DNA of 64,000 nucleotides from Candidatus Latescibacterota bacterium (GTDB lineage Bacteria; Latescibacterota; UBA2968): NCBI GenBank assembly GCA_965207885.1, contig OZ242311.1, positions 5,120,001 to 5,184,000 of the forward strand, read 5' to 3'. Shown piece by piece: positions 58,633 to 64,000 of this stretch (position 1 is its first letter; each line of letters starts with the position of its first letter). The notes under the pieces were generated by a model. It saw only the letters and a program-made list of their open reading frames with translations, ran no database searches and was not told where the DNA came from. The position numbers and the translations under genes were made by a program.

Positions 58633-59598
58633 ATGACAGAAACGCAAGCGGCAACATCAAAACTGAGGCTCGGCGTAAGCGCGTGTTTGCTCGGCGAAGA
58701 AGTGCGGTATAATGGCGGGCACAAACACATGCCATTTTTGACAACCGTATTGGGCAATTACGTCGAATGGGTACCAGTATGTCCAGAAGTAGAAATGGGA
58801 ATGGGCGTTCCGCGCGAGACCATCCGGCTCGAAGGCGACGCGGAAACACCGCGACTCATTGCACCAAAATCGGGCACAGATCACACCCCTGGCATGCAGA
58901 CCTGGGCAGAAAAACGGCTCAACGAACTAACAGACCTGAACTTACATGGGTATATACTGAAAAAAGATTCACCGAGTTGTGGATTATTTCGCGTACGGGT
59001 ATTTAATACAAAAACGCAGATCCCCACGCGCGATGGGCGCGGGCTATTTGCAAAAGCATTGACAGCGCGATTCCCTTTATTGCCCATCGAAGAAGAAGGT
59101 CGGCTAAATGATCTGCCCTTGCGGGAAAATTTTATCGAACGCGTATTCATTTATTACCGATGGCAGCAAATGTTGACCCATAATCCAGCACCCGGTAGCC
59201 TGGTAAAATTTCACACCGGAATCAAAATGAGTCTTCTATCGCACAGCCCAAAACACTACAGCGAGTTGGGCCAACTGGTCGCCCAGTCTTCTCGCGAAGA
59301 TATAGCGCTTCAATACGGCAAATTACTGATGGAAGGCCTGAAAGTAATGAGCACACCGGGCAAACACGTAAACGTATTGATGCACTTGATGGGATTTATA
59401 AAAAACGAACTGACCACCGCGGACAAAAAAGAACTGCTCGACGTATTTGAATCCTATCGCCAACGACTGCTGCCTCTCATCGTGCCAATCACATTATTAA
59501 AACACCATCTCAACCGCAACCGCGTACCAGACTGGGTACACGAGCAAACCTACTTAAACCCATACCCCATGGAATTGATGTTGAGAAATCACGTGTGA
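58633..59598 (+). CDS. DUF523 (2-thiouracil desulfurase-like Fe-S) + DUF1722 (YbgA) protein
   Basis: GVSACLLGEEVRYNGGH, PVCPEV, KKDSPSCG, EEEGRL and QTYLNPYP. Confidence 0.9.
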   Translation: MTETQAATSKLRLGVSACLLGEEVRYNGGHKHMPFLTTVLGNYVEWVPVCPEVEMGMGVPRETIRLEGDAETPRLIAPKSGTDHTPGMQTWAEKRLNELTDLNLHGYILKKDSPSCGLFRVRVFNTKTQIPTRDGRGLFAKALTARFPLLPIEEEGRLNDLPLRENFIERVFIYYRWQQMLTHNPAPGSLVKFHTGIKMSLLSHSPKHYSELGQLVAQSSREDIALQYGKLLMEGLKVMSTPGKHVNVLMHLMGFIKNELTTADKKELLDVFESYRQRLLPLIVPITLLKHHLNRNRVPDWVHEQTYLNPYPMELMLRNHV

Positions 59599-59609
59599 AT
59601 GGAGACGTT

Positions 59610-60368
59610 ATGTTTGAGGTGGCAGGTGTTTCGAAAACATTTGGCGATTTGCAGGCGTTGCGCGAAGTTGACCTGAGCGTGCATCCTGAGCAGACGACGG
59701 TGTTAATTGGGCCGAGTGGATGTGGCAAATCAACCTTAATTCGATTAATGGTGGGACTGATCTGGCCCGACGAGGGCACGGTGACTTATGAAGGACAAGT
59801 TCTGACGCCAGCAAATGTGTTGTCACTGCGGCAAAAGATGGGTTATGTGATACAAGAGGGGGGCTTGTTTCCGCATTTAACAGCGCACAAAAATGTAGCG
59901 TTGATGGCAAATTATCTGGGTTGGGCGGAGCATCGGATCGATTCTCGGATCGAGACATTGGCAACTTTAACACATTTCCCAGCAGATGGATTGGACCGAT
60001 TTCCAGGAGAATTGTCAGGTGGTCAGCGGCAGCGCGTGGGATTGATGCGTGCATTGATGCTGGATCCCGACGTATTGCTATTAGACGAACCACTCGGTGC
60101 CCTGGACCCGATGATTCGGGCGGATTTGCAATCGGATTTGCGTTCGATTTTTCAGACATTGGGCAAGACAGTCGTGATGGTGACACACGACATGGGTGAA
60201 GCGGGATTTTTCGGGGATCAAATTGTGTTGATGCGGGAAGGGGAGATCGTCCAGATCGGAAGCTTGAAAAATTTGATGCAGAATCCGGCGCATGAATTTG
60301 TGACGCAGTTTATTCATGCGCAGAGAAGTCCGTTGGAAAGTATGGCGCCTGGAGAGATAGCGAAATGA
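59610..60368 (+). CDS. Osmoprotectant-type ABC transporter ATP-binding protein
   Basis: GPSGCGKST, GYVIQEGGLFPHLT, LSGGQRQRV and LLDEPLGALDP. Confidence 0.9.
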   Translation: MFEVAGVSKTFGDLQALREVDLSVHPEQTTVLIGPSGCGKSTLIRLMVGLIWPDEGTVTYEGQVLTPANVLSLRQKMGYVIQEGGLFPHLTAHKNVALMANYLGWAEHRIDSRIETLATLTHFPADGLDRFPGELSGGQRQRVGLMRALMLDPDVLLLDEPLGALDPMIRADLQSDLRSIFQTLGKTVVMVTHDMGEAGFFGDQIVLMREGEIVQIGSLKNLMQNPAHEFVTQFIHAQRSPLESMAPGEIAK

Positions 60369-61891
60369 CGCGCACGCACTACACCACAACGTCAGCGAAA
60401 TTCACCGCCCTGTGTATTCTATTTTCCTTTTTGTTCAGCACCTCAACCCAGGCACAAGAGATTGTCGTGGGATCAAAGAAGTTTACCGAGTCGGTCATTT
60501 TGGGTGAAGTACTATCTCATATCGGCCGCAGTGTAAACGCACCGGTTACACATCGGCGCGAGTTGGGGGGAACGCGGGTATTGTGGAATGCATTGATTGC
60601 GGGCGATATTGATCTTTATCCAGATTACACAGGTACCCTGAGTCGGGAAATTTTGGCAGAAGAAAATTTGCGTGATGAAGCGGATATTCGCGCTCGGTTG
60701 GCAGAGATGGGCCTTGTGATGAGTCGGCCTCTGGGATTCAACAATACATACGTACTGGGCATGGTGGAAACAAGAGCTGAAGCGCTGGGGATTCGGACGA
60801 TTTCGGATTTAAAGAAGTACCCAGACTTGAAGTTGGGATTTGGCAATGAGTTTATGGACAGAGGAGATGGGTGGCCGAGTTTGCGGAACCGATATGTACT
60901 CCCACATCAGAATGTGAGCGGATTGGATCACGATTTGGCCTACCGCGGGTTGGAGAGCGGTACAATTGACGTAATGGATATGTATTCGACAGATGCCGAG
61001 ATTCAGTATTACGGGTTGCGGTCGCTGGTGGATGACTTGCAGCATTTCCCCATTTACAATGCCGTCATTGTCTATCGGGTAGATTTGATAGATCGAGCAC
61101 CTCAAGTGGTGAGGGAAATTTTAAAATTAGAGGGGCTGATTTCGGAAAAAAAAATGATGGTCATGAATGCACAGGTCAAATTGGAAAAAAAGTCAGAAGC
61201 CCAGGTTGCGGCTGATTTTTTAGCTCAGAACCTCAATGTACAGGTCAAAATAAAAAAAGAAACTGCTGGCGCTCGATTCTGGCGGCACACATGGGATCAT
61301 TTGACCCTGGTGGGAATTTCTCTTTTCGGGGCGATTGTGGTGTCAATTCCCCTGGGAATTGTGGCATTCCGATGGACAAGAGGTGGACAACTTATCTTGG
61401 GATTAGTGGGCATTATCCAGACCATTCCATCCCTGGCACTGCTGGTATTTATGATTCCGTTATTGGGTATTGGCGGAGCACCTGCGATTGTGGCGCTGTT
61501 TTTGTACAGTTTGCTACCCATAGTGCGAAACACATACGCGGGACTGCACGATATTCCAGTGGGGATACGAGAATCAGCAACAGCATTGGGTTTATCCGAC
61601 TGGGCACAACTTCGATTGGTGACATTACCGATAGCCTCGCGGTCGATTCTGGCGGGCATCAAAACATCGGCTGTGATCAATGTGGGCACGGCAACATTGG
61701 GGGCGTTAATCGGCGCTGGAGGATATGGACAACCCATTTTAACGGGGATTCGGTTAGATGATATCGGTTTGATTTTGCAAGGAGCTATACCTGCGGCATT
61801 GCTGGCGCTCATTGTACAGGGGCTATTTGAATTATTTGAGCGCGTATTTGTATCCCGCGGCCTGCGATTAAAAGGCGAGATAAACGCTTAG
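60365..61891 (+). CDS. Fused substrate-binding + permease of a glycine betaine/osmoprotectant-type ABC transporter
   Basis: VGSKKFTES, IDLYPDYTGT and GFNNTY (OpuAC-type SBP). QTIPSLALL...LPIVRNTY...ATLGALIGAGG (permease). Confidence 0.9.
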   Translation: MTRTHYTTTSAKFTALCILFSFLFSTSTQAQEIVVGSKKFTESVILGEVLSHIGRSVNAPVTHRRELGGTRVLWNALIAGDIDLYPDYTGTLSREILAEENLRDEADIRARLAEMGLVMSRPLGFNNTYVLGMVETRAEALGIRTISDLKKYPDLKLGFGNEFMDRGDGWPSLRNRYVLPHQNVSGLDHDLAYRGLESGTIDVMDMYSTDAEIQYYGLRSLVDDLQHFPIYNAVIVYRVDLIDRAPQVVREILKLEGLISEKKMMVMNAQVKLEKKSEAQVAADFLAQNLNVQVKIKKETAGARFWRHTWDHLTLVGISLFGAIVVSIPLGIVAFRWTRGGQLILGLVGIIQTIPSLALLVFMIPLLGIGGAPAIVALFLYSLLPIVRNTYAGLHDIPVGIRESATALGLSDWAQLRLVTLPIASRSILAGIKTSAVINVGTATLGALIGAGGYGQPILTGIRLDDIGLILQGAIPAALLALIVQGLFELFERVFVSRGLRLKGEINA

Positions 61892-61921
61892 AATTGCTAT
61901 TTTTGAGAGGCGAGTAGAAAC

Positions 61922-62617
61922 ATGAAAAAGGTTTTGATATTTGGCTATTTGTTTTGTTCTTTTTCATTAGCGATTGCCCACGGAGGCGGGCAAGATTCAC
62001 AGGGCGGTCACTTTGACACATCGGATAACACCTACCATTGCCATGCACCTTCTGGATGCGTTGACCTTGACGACGTGTATTTTACAGTAACCGACATAAA
62101 AGACGGCGATACAATAGACGTTACGCATTTAGAATACACAGTGACCGTGCGCTTGTTAGGCGTAGATACGCCAGAGACAAATCACCCATTCGAACCCGTT
62201 GGTTTTTACGGCCCCGAAGCGAAAGAATACACACGACAAAGACTGTACGAAAAAAAAGTGAAATTGTCTTTTGACCACCAGCAAAAAGACGCTTTCGACA
62301 GGTTGCTCGTTTATGTGTATTTGGAAGGCGTCTTGTTTAACCTTGAATTGGTAAGGCAGGGATATGGCGTAGCAGACGTTGAACACGAATACGAAAAGCG
62401 AAATGAGTTTGTATCAGCGCAAGAGGAAGCAAAGGCCCAAAACAAGGGCGTGTGGAGTGACCCGAACCGCACAGCTCCTATTTTTACCGCGATACAAGAC
62501 TCTCTTTTCAGGGCGAGACATGGCGATTTAGATTTTGACGGAACAATAAGTATTAGCGATTTTCTTTTGTTTGTCGCAGAATTTGGAAAGACGCTTATCG
62601 ATGGTATCTACCAATAA
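61922..62617 (+). CDS. Secreted thermonuclease (SNase) with N-terminal YHYH-type motif and C-terminal dockerin-like tag
   Basis: HGGGQDSQGGH...YHCH, DGDTIDV, VRLLGVDTPE, DRLLVYV and GDLDFDGTISISDFLLFVAEFG. Confidence 0.85.
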   Translation: MKKVLIFGYLFCSFSLAIAHGGGQDSQGGHFDTSDNTYHCHAPSGCVDLDDVYFTVTDIKDGDTIDVTHLEYTVTVRLLGVDTPETNHPFEPVGFYGPEAKEYTRQRLYEKKVKLSFDHQQKDAFDRLLVYVYLEGVLFNLELVRQGYGVADVEHEYEKRNEFVSAQEEAKAQNKGVWSDPNRTAPIFTAIQDSLFRARHGDLDFDGTISISDFLLFVAEFGKTLIDGIYQ

Positions 62618-62659
62618 GAAACAGATAAACCCAATTCGCCTCCAGTTCCAGAACCTCCC

Positions 62660-63709
62660 TCAACTCGTCACAAGATTTTGCCGATAATCCCCGTGTGAAA
62701 TCAACTCTGGCGCATACGCGAACAGCGCTGGATTCCCACCCGTATGCACGTACACCACTGTAGAACCCTCTGGAATCTCTCCCGTCTGAATGCGGTCAAT
62801 CACCCCTGACATCGCCTTACTCGTATATACCGGATCGAGCAAAATCCCTTCCGTCCGCGCCAACAAATGCAATGCATTTAATCCCGCCTCCGTCACAATC
62901 CCGTAATTCTCACCCACATACGCATCCGTATTTTCCAACTCCTCTGCCCGCAATCGAACATCCAGTTCTAAAAGCTCTGCCGCCTCGTTGCCCACCTCCG
63001 CCAGCCTCGCCCTCCGCTGTGCCTCATCCCCCTTGCTCGGCGAAAACCCCTGCGTCCTGATCGGCAACCCCAGCGCCTTCACCCCCAAAGCCAGCCCCGC
63101 ATGTGTCCCGTGCCCGGACGCAGTACAAATAAAATCCGCCCGTGCATCCATTGCTTCAAGCTGTGCCACAATCTCCAGCACACAGCACACATAAGCCACC
63201 GTACCCAGCACCACCGCACGCTGCCCGATCAGATAGGGCTTCTCTCCCTGCGCCGTCAGTTCCTCCACAACCCGCTCCTTCACCTCATTCTGATTCACGC
63301 CATCCACCACCAGCCGCACATCCGCCCCCAGAATATTATCCAGCAACTGATTGCCCTGAATACCCATCTGGCTGCGGTGATCGTGTCGGTTCACCAGCAC
63401 ACACTTCATCCCCAGCCTGGCAGCCGCTGCCGCCGCCTGCCGCGCGTGATTTGACTGTGACGCCGCGCCCGTTATCAACGCCGTAGCCCCTTGCGCCACC
63501 GCATCTCCCAGCGCCAGATCAAACTTTCGCGTCTTATTCCCGCCAAAAGCCAGCCCCGTCAAATCATCCCGCTTTACCATCACCCGCACCTTCCCGCCCA
63601 GCGCCTCTGAAAACCGCGGACAATCGTCCAACCGCGTCGGCAAATCCGCCAGTTCCGTACGCGGAAACCGATCAATAGCAGCCTGTAAATCCTCACGTGT
63701 AACAGCCAT
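62660..63709 (-). CDS. PLP-dependent D-cysteine desulfhydrase / ACC deaminase family enzyme
   Basis: KRDDLTGLAFGGNKTRK, QSNHAR, GNQLLD, EGILLDPVYTSKA and HTGG. Start at ATG 63709 after GGAGG. Confidence 0.88.
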   Translation of the reverse strand: MAVTREDLQAAIDRFPRTELADLPTRLDDCPRFSEALGGKVRVMVKRDDLTGLAFGGNKTRKFDLALGDAVAQGATALITGAASQSNHARQAAAAAARLGMKCVLVNRHDHRSQMGIQGNQLLDNILGADVRLVVDGVNQNEVKERVVEELTAQGEKPYLIGQRAVVLGTVAYVCCVLEIVAQLEAMDARADFICTASGHGTHAGLALGVKALGLPIRTQGFSPSKGDEAQRRARLAEVGNEAAELLELDVRLRAEELENTDAYVGENYGIVTEAGLNALHLLARTEGILLDPVYTSKAMSGVIDRIQTGEIPEGSTVVYVHTGGNPALFAYAPELISHGDYRQNLVTS

Positions 63710-63774
63710 GAGTCCCTCCAGAATTAGAATATGTGTGCAAAACAGCTCCCAGGACCCAACCATCCTCGCACGCA

Positions 63775-63999
63775 CTACCGTTCCACCTCCTTTGACAGCA
63801 ACCCCGCTCGCAGCGGACCATACATCCCGTATTCCCACTGAACCTCGGCATCCCTCACCACTCGCTCCGCCTGTTCCCGTCGAACTGGCGCCGTCCCCAG
63901 AAGTTTCCCATCCTGCCTGATACTGATCTCCGCCTCGCCAACTGTGAACAACAGCGTCGTCGGTCCGTCGCGCCACACAACCGGCACAGAAACATGACC
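63775..63999 (-). CDS. Hypothetical protein, C-terminal fragment (runs off the window)
   Basis: Frame is open to the window end and has the same codon style as the downstream gene. Confidence 0.45.
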   Translation of the reverse strand, partial: GHVSVPVVWRDGPTTLLFTVGEAEISIRQDGKLLGTAPVRREQAERVVRDAEVQWEYGMYGPLRAGLLSKEVER

Positions 64000-64000
64000 C

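Noticed and set aside
63710-63976. N-terminal 89-aa extension of the desulfhydrase ORF
   Set aside because: Overlaps another frame. The RBS and family homology place the start at 63709.

Overview
A gene-dense, mostly + strand bacterial window. The content suggests an FCB-superphylum organism, most likely Candidatus Latescibacterota-like and possibly a marine or sponge symbiont. This is an inference from the PhyH dioxygenase paralogs, TPR-GWxTD proteins, a TonB receptor/C-terminal sorting domain/PorV cassette, dockerin-like C-terminal tags, a DUF6785 membrane protein and many TPR/ankyrin/HEAT/FG-GAP repeat proteins. Main blocks: (1) catabolic enzymes (1-2.3 kb, 8-11 kb, 15-20 kb); (2) five TPR-GWxTD-family paralogs, two of them a recent tandem duplication; (3) an AT-richer accessory island (about 11.4-15.1 kb) with a DarT1-like DNA ADP-ribosyltransferase fused to a coiled coil and four ankyrin repeats, its NADAR (DarG1-like) antitoxin, an apparently chimeric antitoxin plus PIN toxin, and a structured IS200/IS605-end-like element; (4) an OMP-TBDR-secreted CTD protein-PorV operon; (5) a MacB-type ABC/CRTAC1/TPR cluster; (6) a UbiA-desaturase-CruF/TPR lipid-modification operon; (7) a Tm-1-like gene pair, trmB, an osmoprotectant-type ABC transporter, a YHYH-SNase-dockerin nuclease and a D-cysteine desulfhydrase-like enzyme. 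I found no rRNA, tRNA, CRISPR array, integrase or transposase. All family assignments come from motif recognition by eye, not from database searches. The leading candidate for novelty is the DarT1-ankyrin fusion with its NADAR partner.
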